This document shows, piece by piece, positions 37,689 to 46,288 of a stretch of DNA of 64,000 nucleotides (the stretch's first letter is position 1; each line of letters starts with the position of its first letter). A program made the position numbers and the translations under genes. The notes below the pieces were generated by a model. The model saw only the letters and a list, made by a program, of their open reading frames with translations. It was not told where the DNA came from and did not search any database. Source of the DNA: Lentisphaeria bacterium (GTDB taxonomy: Bacteria; Verrucomicrobiota; Lentisphaeria; JABSQK01; JAWLHB01); contig JAWLHB010000005.1 of the NCBI GenBank assembly GCA_041690595.1, forward strand, positions 62,001 through 126,000. The letters are read 5' to 3'.

Positions 37689-39062
37689 ATGAGCACAATG
37701 GACGCATCACCCACCATCTACCCCGCCGCTGAGAACTCCCTCGTGTCGCGCTGCATGCTTGGCCTGAAGCAGAGCGACATTCCCTTCCTGATGATTGCCC
37801 TGGTAGGCGTCATCGCCGCACTGCTTTCGCTGGCTGGCGTGACGAACTTGACGGCAGCCATGGGCCACTACCAATGGGGCGTGTTGTGCTTCTTCATCGC
37901 ACTCGACATGTTCACAGCATTGGTTGTCGGAACCGGCGTGCTCGACAAGGTGGCTGTCGTTATTGCGGACCGATCACAGGGCAGGCCGGGCCTGGTGATG
38001 TTGTTGTTCTCTTCGATGTTATTCATCGTCTCGTCATTCCTGAACAACCTGACCGCTGTACTGGTTGTTCTCCCCGTAATCTTCGTGCTTATGGGGGCAC
38101 TCCGTCTTCCTCGCACTTACGTCGTGTCTTTCCTCTCGCTGCTACTTGCCATCTCAAACCTTGCAGGTGCGAGTACGCCTATCGGCGATTTCCCTGCGTT
38201 GATAATCATGAAATCCGGGCTGACAACATTTCAGGATTACCTTGTGCGGGCATTTCCCCTGTTCGCATTCACTGCCGCCATCGTGATAGGCCTTCACCTG
38301 GCGCTTCACAGGGCACGGAATCACAAATCCGAAACGGGAGATCAAGACGGTGAAACATGTGTTTCTCTCGCACTGCTCGAGGCGAAATACCGTTACCGTC
38401 GAGTCAACATCCGAGTCCTCTCGAGAATCGCTGTCGTGTTTGTCGCCATGTTCTTGGGATGGGCCACCGTCCCTGCGGACGTGGTTCCCCCCGAATTGAC
38501 CGCTGTTCTTGGACTCGGACTGGCAGTGACGGTAACCGGTAAGGACTTCGGAGCCGTCTATCGCCGTTTCGACATGAAACCTGTATTGACAGTGGCGATC
38601 ATGCTTTTTGTTGCCTCAATCATCCAGGAGTGCGGGGTGCTTGAGCATCTTGCGGCGCAGCTTCAAGCGAGAATCGACAACCCGGTGCATCTCTTGTGTG
38701 CCGTCATGGTGATGACTGCAATCTGCAGTGGGCTGTTCTCGGCCGGCCCCGCAGCAGCAGCGATGATGCCCCTCATTCTCGCGCTCGGGGCTCCCGGGGC
38801 GGGGCCGCTTGCAGACCACAGTGAATGGCTTGCGGTTGGGTTTGCTGCTGCCATCTGTGCGGGGTCTAGCCTGTTCGTCTGGTCGGCAACCGCCGGATTC
38901 CCGATGTCCATGAAGGTTAGTGATGCCCGGCTCGTCGACCATGAAGGTCGCCCTGTGAGCTGGGGCATTTCGGAATACCTCCGATTCGGAGTGCTTCACT
39001 CGCTGCTACAGCTCGCAATCGGCATGGCCTGGGTATTGGCGGCCATCTCAATGCAGGGATAG
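37689..39062 (+). CDS. IT-superfamily permease (ArsB/NhaD/SLC13-like)
   Basis: Multiple TM helices; SSFLNNLTAV...SNLAGASTPIGDFP. Confidence 0.85.
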   Translation: MSTMDASPTIYPAAENSLVSRCMLGLKQSDIPFLMIALVGVIAALLSLAGVTNLTAAMGHYQWGVLCFFIALDMFTALVVGTGVLDKVAVVIADRSQGRPGLVMLLFSSMLFIVSSFLNNLTAVLVVLPVIFVLMGALRLPRTYVVSFLSLLLAISNLAGASTPIGDFPALIIMKSGLTTFQDYLVRAFPLFAFTAAIVIGLHLALHRARNHKSETGDQDGETCVSLALLEAKYRYRRVNIRVLSRIAVVFVAMFLGWATVPADVVPPELTAVLGLGLAVTVTGKDFGAVYRRFDMKPVLTVAIMLFVASIIQECGVLEHLAAQLQARIDNPVHLLCAVMVMTAICSGLFSAGPAAAAMMPLILALGAPGAGPLADHSEWLAVGFAAAICAGSSLFVWSATAGFPMSMKVSDARLVDHEGRPVSWGISEYLRFGVLHSLLQLAIGMAWVLAAISMQG

Positions 39063-39072
39063 GGAGAGAGCA

Positions 39073-40878
39073 ATGAACAGCTTGTCAATCATCTGGAATG
39101 TATTCAAGCGTCTAAGGACGCATGCGCCGCAATATTGGAGGAGGCGACTGCTGTTGGTGACCCTTCTCATGATCGTTGTTGCCGCCCTTACAAGCGCGCC
39201 CCCTTTGATCGTGGGACGAATCGTGGACATGTTGTCAAGAAACGGAGCCATTCAACACACCCACCTAACCCTCCTTCTGGCGGCACTCATGGTCAGCGTA
39301 TTGCTGCGGGAGTGCCTGCAAGCGACTCGCAAGCTACTCGTAGAAGACACTGCGACGAGAATGGAAAAGAACATCCGGCATGAGGTGTCCACACACCTGC
39401 TTAAGCTGCCATTGGGCTACTATCGCCAGCACTTGGTCGGTGAGCTTCAGGGCCGACTTAACAGGGGTATAGAGGGGGCTATAAGGCTTGTCAAACTCGC
39501 GTTCCTTGATCTGCTGCCCGCCGTCGCCGTCGCCATAGCGGCGTTGATTGCTGTGTTCGCGGGAAGCCCTATGATCGCTTTTGCCATGGTCCTCGTGATT
39601 CCCATCAGCATGGTGATTGTACATCGCCAAGTCAGCAGTCAACGGGGCCTTCGTGAGGCACTTAGGACCCGAAAGGAGGAAATTGACGGGAAGGTTGTGG
39701 AGCTTTTGGGCGGGTTGGAGACGGTCAGGGCGATGCACACCGAGGATTTCGAGAGCGCACGCATCGAGACAGTCGCGGAGGATCTCCGAAGGACCGAGAT
39801 TAGACACCATCGATGGATGGCCTTCTATGATGCCCTCAAGTCCGTGAACGAGGGAGTCTTTCTCGCTGCGGTGATCGGCCTCGTTGTGTGGTTGGTACTT
39901 CGTGGGAGCGCTTCTGTTGGACAGGTATTGGCCGCAACGATGCTCTTCCAGCGGATTCTCGAGCCACTGCGGGAAGTGCACCGGATCTATGATGAGGCGA
40001 GCGAGGCGTGCGTAAATGCTGAGGGGCTTCTGGACATAGAAGAAGCTCCCATGGACGCCAGCTACCTCACCCAGCCTATGGCCATCAACTTCTCGGAATC
40101 TGCTGCAGCGATTGAGCTGGAGAACGTGGACTTCTGCTACACGAACGGAAGTACACAGGTGCTAGCCTTGCGCGGAGCCTCTATCAAGGTCCGTGAGGGG
40201 GAGTTCATCGGGATATGTGGCCCGACTGCATCAGGAAAATCGACCATTCTCAAGCTTCTTCTCCGACTCATTGCCCCTCTAAGCGGCCGCATCCTGGTTC
40301 AGGGACAGAATCTCGACTGCATCGACCGGTCGACACTCGCAGCTACGGTTGGTTACGTCCCCCAGGCCCCGTTCCTGTTCAGCGGCACGATTGCTGACAA
40401 CATCACCTATGGCGTACCTTCGGTTTCGATGGAGCGTGTTGTCGAGGCGGCGAAACGGGCTCATCTTCACCATGAGGTCGATTCCATGGAGAATGGCTAC
40501 GACACGCAAGTCAGTGAGCGAGGGGAAAATCTGTCTGGCGGGCAGCGACAGCGCATAGCCATTGCCCGAGTCTTCCTTCGTGATCCAGCCATTCTGTTGC
40601 TGGACGAAGCAATGTCAGCCCTGGACAACATCAGTGAGAATTCTGTGCAGATGGCGCTTGAGGAACTCATGCATGGGCGCACGGTCATCTCCGTTGCCCA
40701 TAGACTGTCCTCGTTGCGCAATGCCGACAGAATCGTTGTGGTGGACAATGGACAGATCGTTCAAGAAGGTGAGTTCGATGAGCTGGAATCGTGTGAAGGC
40801 CTGTTTGCCAATCTCCTATCTCATGGCAGCGGTTCTCCTGTCCCGACTCACGTTCAGCCCGTGCAGGTAGTGGCGTGA
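39073..40878 (+). CDS. ABC exporter, fused permease/ATPase
   Basis: TM domain; GPTASGKST, LSGGQRQR, LLLDEA, AHRLS. Confidence 0.92.
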   Translation: MNSLSIIWNVFKRLRTHAPQYWRRRLLLVTLLMIVVAALTSAPPLIVGRIVDMLSRNGAIQHTHLTLLLAALMVSVLLRECLQATRKLLVEDTATRMEKNIRHEVSTHLLKLPLGYYRQHLVGELQGRLNRGIEGAIRLVKLAFLDLLPAVAVAIAALIAVFAGSPMIAFAMVLVIPISMVIVHRQVSSQRGLREALRTRKEEIDGKVVELLGGLETVRAMHTEDFESARIETVAEDLRRTEIRHHRWMAFYDALKSVNEGVFLAAVIGLVVWLVLRGSASVGQVLAATMLFQRILEPLREVHRIYDEASEACVNAEGLLDIEEAPMDASYLTQPMAINFSESAAAIELENVDFCYTNGSTQVLALRGASIKVREGEFIGICGPTASGKSTILKLLLRLIAPLSGRILVQGQNLDCIDRSTLAATVGYVPQAPFLFSGTIADNITYGVPSVSMERVVEAAKRAHLHHEVDSMENGYDTQVSERGENLSGGQRQRIAIARVFLRDPAILLLDEAMSALDNISENSVQMALEELMHGRTVISVAHRLSSLRNADRIVVVDNGQIVQEGEFDELESCEGLFANLLSHGSGSPVPTHVQPVQVVA

Positions 40879-40954
40879 GCACTCAGACAACGAGTTCGTG
40901 TGGTTGCTGCTCCACATGGTTGATCATCCATTGTGACCGGCATGCTGGGTGCTA

Positions 40955-41453
40955 TTCAGCCGGGGCACGCTTCGGCAACGCCGGAATGCGGTGGGGCCGG
41001 GTTTTGCCGCTTTTCCGGTCGAATTGGGCATAGAGAATGGTGAACGGCATCACGGGGAGCGTGGCATGCTCGTGCGTGGAGGGCTCCGCCGCCGGGAAGA
41101 TGCGGGGGCGTCAGAAGCCAGCGTTAACCAGACGGCGGGCGGGATGGGTGGAATGCTGCGAACCGCTGATTCTTGGGGGGAGAGAGCCGAGAATAGAGTT
41201 TTCCGGGCCGTGGACGGCAAGAGAAAACCGAGAGTCCGGGCCAGCGACGGCGGTTCCAGGGCGGGGGTGCGCCATGAACGGGCAGGCAGATAGAGTGCCG
41301 AGACGCTCACCATCGGCCGCCGGAAGTTCGTCGCCAGAGTCACAAATCCCTTTGAGTCAACGGGATTTGTGAGCCCGAAAACAAAACAGCCCCCGCGAAC
41401 GGGGGCCGTAAACGAAAAGGCCCCGATGATTCGGGGCCGAAAAGGAATGGCTC
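40955..41453. repeat. ~500-bp element-end sequence, copy A
   Basis: Diverged direct repeat of 44716-45214 (offset 3761 at both ends); ends in AAAGGAATGGCTC. Confidence 0.9.
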
Positions 41454-41504
41454 AAAACACCGCTGACATTACTTGTGCGAAGTAGTGAACAGTCGGTTAA
41501 CGGC

Positions 41505-42866
41505 TCAATCGGCCGAGGTGCGGTCGATCTGGCCTCCGGTGATGGGCAATCGGGGATCGCAGCGGGGTTCCGCAAGGAGCTGCCTGATGGCGGCCTCGGA
41601 GAACTCGACACGGATGGTGTCGCGGCTGAACACGACCCGCTCGACGACGCTGCCGATGGCGTGATAAGGGTCGGGCACGCTCAGCCAATCGATGAGCCAC
41701 GCGACAGCCGTCAGGGCTTGACGTGACTCCGCCGTGAGCCCCGGCTCGTCTTCGGGCCCATCCGGATCGCGCATTGTGTCGAGGACGAACTTGTGTAGTT
41801 CGGCAGCGGGCACGCTGACGTTCTTACAGGGCGGGCGACCGCCAGCGTGAGAGCGACATCGGTAATGCATGTAGCGGATGTGCTTGTTGTGGCGATTGCA
41901 GATGACGTGCGGGCTCATCACTCGACCGCAGGCGGCGCAGAAGACTTTGCCCTTGAGCGGCAGGTCGTGGTCGTGGCGCTCCCGGGTCGCCGGGCGGCGT
42001 GAGTCGATCAGCGACTGGACGTCATCAAAGCGCTCAGGTTTGACGATTGCCCGGTGACGACCGGGACGGCGGCCGCCTTTTCCGTCGCGCTGGAACCCGG
42101 CGTACACCGGATTGCGCAGCAGCTCGAGGATCTGGCGGGCCGTCCACGGTTTACCACCAAGGGACTTGCCCGTGCTCCGGGAGACGTAGACCTTGGTGGT
42201 CCAGCCTCGCTTGTTGGCATACTCGGCGATCTGGCGCGGGGTCTGGCCGACCGCGGCCAACTGAAACAGCTTCCTTACCTTGCGGGCTTCGCCGTCATTC
42301 ACGACCAGCTCCTTGCCGTACTCCGGGAGGTCGTAGCCGAGCGGCGGTTTGCCGCTGAGCCGCTGGCCACGTCTGCGACGGCCTCGCACACTCTCCTTGA
42401 TGCGCTCGGAGATCAGGCCGTGCTCAAACTCCGCGAACGAGGCTAGGATGTTCAGCATGAAGTGGCTGGTCGCCGACGCCGCAAGCGACGGTGCGGTCAC
42501 GATCTTGAGATCGACCGCGTGACGCTTGAACGCGTCGAGAATCTGAACAGTGTCCGCCAACCGACGTGAGAGCCGGTCGAGACGGTAGACGATGACGTGT
42601 GAGATCGTTCCCTTCTCGATCTCGGCAAGCAGCGCCTGCAAGGCGGGACGTTCGAGATCTTCACCTGACTGTCCGGGATCGTCGTAGCGCGTGCCACACC
42701 AGGGGATGGCGCGCGGGAAGATCGCTTCGGCATGGTCGCGGCAGATCTGGAACTGGACGTCGCACGACGACAGCGTGATGTCATTGCGAACGCGCGACTG
42801 CCGGGTGTAGATGGCATACGCGAAGATGACTGAGGGCGAGTCAGCTGTGCCTGCGGAAGTGGCCAT
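41505..42866 (-). CDS. Large serine recombinase (compact)
   Basis: YAIYTRQS, RPALQ, YRLDRLSR, NPVYAG, CAAC...C...C. Confidence 0.9.
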   Translation of the reverse strand: MATSAGTADSPSVIFAYAIYTRQSRVRNDITLSSCDVQFQICRDHAEAIFPRAIPWCGTRYDDPGQSGEDLERPALQALLAEIEKGTISHVIVYRLDRLSRRLADTVQILDAFKRHAVDLKIVTAPSLAASATSHFMLNILASFAEFEHGLISERIKESVRGRRRRGQRLSGKPPLGYDLPEYGKELVVNDGEARKVRKLFQLAAVGQTPRQIAEYANKRGWTTKVYVSRSTGKSLGGKPWTARQILELLRNPVYAGFQRDGKGGRRPGRHRAIVKPERFDDVQSLIDSRRPATRERHDHDLPLKGKVFCAACGRVMSPHVICNRHNKHIRYMHYRCRSHAGGRPPCKNVSVPAAELHKFVLDTMRDPDGPEDEPGLTAESRQALTAVAWLIDWLSVPDPYHAIGSVVERVVFSRDTIRVEFSEAAIRQLLAEPRCDPRLPITGGQIDRTSAD

Positions 42867-42869
42867 GGC

Positions 42870-43835
42870 TTACTTGCCACTTCGATGGCGTTGCACGTTC
42901 AGAGCCTTCCACCGCAGAAGTGGGTGCTCCTGTATTCGCGCAGCCATCTCCGTATCGTCGGTCAGCAGGCTGGGCACGATCTCACCGTCGTCGAGAAGGC
43001 GATCCAGGAATTCGGCTTCCTCGGGCGTGAACTGCACCAAACTGGCCAAGCGTTCCCGGCAGGTCTCGGCCATCTGCTCCGCCCAACCAGACTGCAGAGA
43101 TTCCCGGACGGCGCTGCTCAAAACCGGCAGAAGATGGTTCTCCAACTCGCGAGGATCGCATCCCACGTCGTCCAGCGAAATGGTCCGCCAGTCTCGCCGG
43201 TTCATGGCCCCGTAGAGGATGAAGGCAAACCGCAATCGGTCGGGGGCGAGTTCTGCAGTGGTCAGGAGTCCGTGTGCATCGAACAGATCACGGCTGGCCT
43301 GGCGGGCGAACAGCGCCGCCAGTTTCCCCGCCGCCAGTTCATGCAGGTCGAGGACGGGGATGCCGCTGGCGGAGTATGTGCCCACGTCCACCGAATCCAT
43401 TGTTGTCACGGGCCACAGCGGGACGCGGAACATGAAGTTCAGGTCGACCTCCAGGTTACCGCTGCCACCGAGAGCGCTGCCGTAACGGAGACGCCATTTG
43501 CCGCCAGCATGGTCACTCGGAACACGCGTCACGGACAGTTCCTCGCGCTGGCAGGCGAGTTGGACCGCGCGTTCGACCTTGCCACGGTCGGAAAGCATCT
43601 CCTCCCGACCAGCCGCGCCGACGTAGTTCAGATCGATATCGACCGACAGGCGCGGCAGGTCGAAGCAGAACAGGTTGAGCGCCGTACCTCCTTTCAGCGC
43701 CAAGCGTCCGCCAAGCGCCGGATGCCGCTGGAACACGGTCAGGAGATTCAGTAGGTGGATGACTTTCTCCAGCACCTCCGGGCGGAAGCCGGTCGTCTCG
43801 GACTCAGCCATCAGACGTTCGCGTGAGAGCCTCAT
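42870..43835 (-). CDS. abiEii: AbiEii nucleotidyltransferase toxin (type IV TA)
   Basis: LKGGTALN...RLSVDIDL; KLAAL..R...RDLFD. Confidence 0.92.
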   Translation of the reverse strand: MRLSRERLMAESETTGFRPEVLEKVIHLLNLLTVFQRHPALGGRLALKGGTALNLFCFDLPRLSVDIDLNYVGAAGREEMLSDRGKVERAVQLACQREELSVTRVPSDHAGGKWRLRYGSALGGSGNLEVDLNFMFRVPLWPVTTMDSVDVGTYSASGIPVLDLHELAAGKLAALFARQASRDLFDAHGLLTTAELAPDRLRFAFILYGAMNRRDWRTISLDDVGCDPRELENHLLPVLSSAVRESLQSGWAEQMAETCRERLASLVQFTPEEAEFLDRLLDDGEIVPSLLTDDTEMAARIQEHPLLRWKALNVQRHRSGK

Positions 43836-44632
43836 ATCTCGGTCTCCCAGGCCCGGTTCAGCACCTGCTCCGGCACGATCAGGTTCCAATCGGCGACCAG
43901 GCGACCGGGTGCGCTTCGATCCATGTAGTGAGGCTGGCGCGAACGGGCTTTTCGCAGCCTGTCGAGTTGGCTGTCCTCCACCATCAACTGCTCCTGGTGC
44001 TGGTCGAGAAAGAAGCCGACCTTCGCGGCGGTCGTGGCATTCCGCAGGAGCAACGCATAGTCCACCACCTGCCGGATGTCGTAGTACTCGACTGATTCGG
44101 CGGAACGCCAGATCTCCTCCCAACCGCCCCCGAAGTCCGGGCGGTCGAGAACGTCGACCAGCGACCTTTCGAGCGATGCGACATGTATGTCTTGCCCAAG
44201 CCGGTCAACCGTCTCGATGCCGAACTGCTCCTGTTCCGTCTCCCGTATTGCCTTCGGCGGGGAGACGCGACGGAAGCTGCAGCCTCGGAACTCCTTGGCC
44301 CGCACGGGCTGGCTACTGACGAACACGTACTCGCTGGACACCGTGTATGCGCGTCCGTGGAGCTGGAACGCCGAGTGGTAGGCGATAGCGGCATCGTCAG
44401 TCAGTTTTGCGGCGACCAGCCACGGGTCGGGCACGAAGAAAGCCGGATTGCTTCCGGCGGGCACGCTGGCGTAGAGACCCCGTTGGATCTGGATCACGTG
44501 CCCGGCACGGACATGATGGGCCAGACGCGCGTTGGCGGTGTTCTGATCCGTCGAGTGGCTCGCTCGCAGTGCCGCCTCCAACTCATCCCGCGTGAAAACG
44601 GGGTGTTTCGCCAGAAATGTGCGTATGTCCAT
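43832..44632 (-). CDS. abiEi: AbiEi antitoxin/transcriptional regulator
   Basis: N-terminal wHTH (VFT..EL...IQRGLY); AYHSAFQLHG; LERSLVDVLDRP..GGG.EE; ATGA overlap with the toxin. Confidence 0.88.
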   Translation of the reverse strand: MDIRTFLAKHPVFTRDELEAALRASHSTDQNTANARLAHHVRAGHVIQIQRGLYASVPAGSNPAFFVPDPWLVAAKLTDDAAIAYHSAFQLHGRAYTVSSEYVFVSSQPVRAKEFRGCSFRRVSPPKAIRETEQEQFGIETVDRLGQDIHVASLERSLVDVLDRPDFGGGWEEIWRSAESVEYYDIRQVVDYALLLRNATTAAKVGFFLDQHQEQLMVEDSQLDRLRKARSRQPHYMDRSAPGRLVADWNLIVPEQVLNRAWETEI

Positions 44633-44644
44633 GGTGCAGCCCTG

Positions 44645-44705
44645 ACTTGATGATCTCTGCGTCAAGTGTGAGATACCTTAACACTTGAAGCGATAGGCAT
44701 CAAGT
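44645..44705. promoter_or_regulatory. Two 23-bp palindromic operators ACTTGA-N11-TCAAGT
   Basis: 44645-44667 and 44683-44705, directly upstream of abiEi. Confidence 0.75.
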
Positions 44706-44715
44706 CGAATTGCCG

Positions 44716-45208
44716 TTCAGCCGAGGCACGCTTCGGCAACGCCGGAATGCGGTGGAGCTGGTTTTTGCCACTTTTCCGGTCGAACACGGCATAGAGAATG
44801 GTGAACGGCGTTGCGGGCCACCTGTCGTGCTCGTGCGTGGCGGTCTCCGCCATCGGGATGATGCGGGGGCGTCAGAAGCCAGCGTTAAGCAAACTGCGGG
44901 CGCGATGGGCGGAATCGGGCGATCCGCTGATTCTTGGGGGGAGAGAGCCGAGGATAGAGTTTTCCGGGCCGTAGAAACGGAGAGTCAGTCGAGAGTCCGA
45001 GCCAGAGACGGCGGTTCCAGGGCGGGGATGCGCCTTGGACGGGCAGGCAGATAGAGTGCCGATGCGGTCACCGTTGGCCGTCCGAGCTTCGTCGCCGGAG
45101 TCGCAAAGCTCTTTGGCTGAGCGGGATTTGCGGCGGAGAAAAGGAAACGGCCCGCCGTTGGGCGGGCCGTTAAGTGAAGGCTCCATATATTCCGTAAAGA
45201 AAAGGAAA

Positions 45209-45214
<6 letters not shown>
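44716..45214. repeat. ~500-bp element-end sequence, copy B
   Basis: Homologous to 40955-41453; abuts the tRNA 3' end. Confidence 0.9.
45138..45171 (-). terminator. Terminator downstream of tRNA-Asn
   Basis: AACGGCCCGCC-GTTG-GGCGGGCCGTT hairpin, U-rich on the minus strand. Confidence 0.6.
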
Positions 45215-45284
<70 letters not shown>

Positions 45285-45584
45285 GCATTCGAAAGTGAGG
45301 GGTGTTTCAGGGCGTGGGGCGCCGGAAACGTGAGCAAACTTTAGTGGTGGATCGGGGGATTGCAAATGGTTCTTGTGGATATTTGAGAAAAAATGGTGAA
45401 AGGTGGTGATGAGGTGGATTTGGGGCTTGCATTGGTACTGGGGGCTGATATAGTTAATGTTTTCTTTCGCGCCATAATGTATTGGTGCGGAAGAGGTGTT
45501 TCCTAGCTCCATAGTGCGACCTGTTGCCGGCGCCCATGTGAAGCGGTGTCCGCACAAATCCTTGTTGACGAGGGAGAGTCGATT

Positions 45585-45803
45585 TTGAACGATAAGTACC
45601 TGCAACTTGCTTGCGAGAAGATTCCGGACCGAAATATTTTGGTAAATGTAGCATCGCGGCGAGCCAAGGAGTTGGCGCGTGGCGCGAATCCGCTGGTGCC
45701 GGTGGACAGGAGCAAGGCGATCAGTCATCTGGATATCGCACTTCAGGAGATTGCCGAAGGCAAGCTCTATTATGAGGCGGCCGTGGAAGAGGATGACGAT
45801 TAG
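45585..45803 (+). CDS. rpoZ: RNA polymerase omega subunit
   Basis: LVNVASRRAKEL..GA.PLV...IALQEIAEGKL; TTG start after AGGGAG. Confidence 0.85.
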   Translation: MNDKYLQLACEKIPDRNILVNVASRRAKELARGANPLVPVDRSKAISHLDIALQEIAEGKLYYEAAVEEDDD

Positions 45804-45934
45804 CCTTCGAGGCTGAACTAGCTTTCGTGTTTTGATGTGACAGCCCAATCCGTGCCTTGCTCCGTCTGTGGACGGGGCGCTTGGCACGATTGGGCTGGTT
45901 CGTTTTGTGGGGAGGAGCTCCGGCAGTAGTTAAC

Positions 45935-45961
45935 CGCAGAGATCGCAGAGATCGCAGAGAT
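45935..45961. repeat. 9-bp tandem repeat CGCAGAGAT x3
   Basis: Read directly from the sequence. Confidence 0.85.
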
Positions 45962-46068
45962 CGAGCGGGGGTCATGGCAGGGGGCGGGACCGATGAGTTG
46001 GCGAGGGGAAGAGATAGGACGAGGTGGACGGGGCGAATGAGCGGGGGCAAGCGCTGGGGAGGGGCAAC

Positions 46069-46230
46069 GCGAAGGCGGCGCAGTGGCGTGCCCAGGGAGC
46101 GCGGGAGGGGTGAAGGGCGTTGGGAAGGGGCAATGCGAAGGCGGCGCAGTGGCGTGCCCAGGGAGCGCGGGAGGGGTGAAGGGCGTTGGGAAGGGGCAAT
46201 GCGAAGGCGGGCCCACTCGGGCGAGTGGCG
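46069..46230. repeat. 66-bp tandem repeat (2 copies plus partial), related to the 78-bp unit at 52-53 kb
   Basis: Units start at 46069, 46135 and 46201; share AGTGGCGTGCCCAGGG with the 78-bp unit. Confidence 0.85.
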
Positions 46231-46288
46231 CGGTTTGCCATGATCTGTGGGAAAAAGTACCAAGTGTTTCCCACAGGTCAAGGGGGCG

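Larger units (their letters stand above)
1..41453 (-). mobile_element. Prophage (lambda-like packaging, long non-contractile tail); left end outside the window
   Basis: Contiguous tail-head-terminase-replication-recombinase-repressor modules; right end inferred from TGGCTC (tRNA 3'-end copy) at 41448-41453. Confidence 0.88.

Noticed and set aside
40949..41293. 114-aa ORFs in both duplicated ends (also 44710-45054)
   Set aside because: GTG/TTG starts without a clear RBS and many non-conservative differences; conservation extends beyond the ORF, which favours a DNA/RNA-level role (coding not fully excluded)
1..41453. Diversity-generating retroelement or retron
   Set aside because: No reverse transcriptase and no TR/VR pair visible in this window
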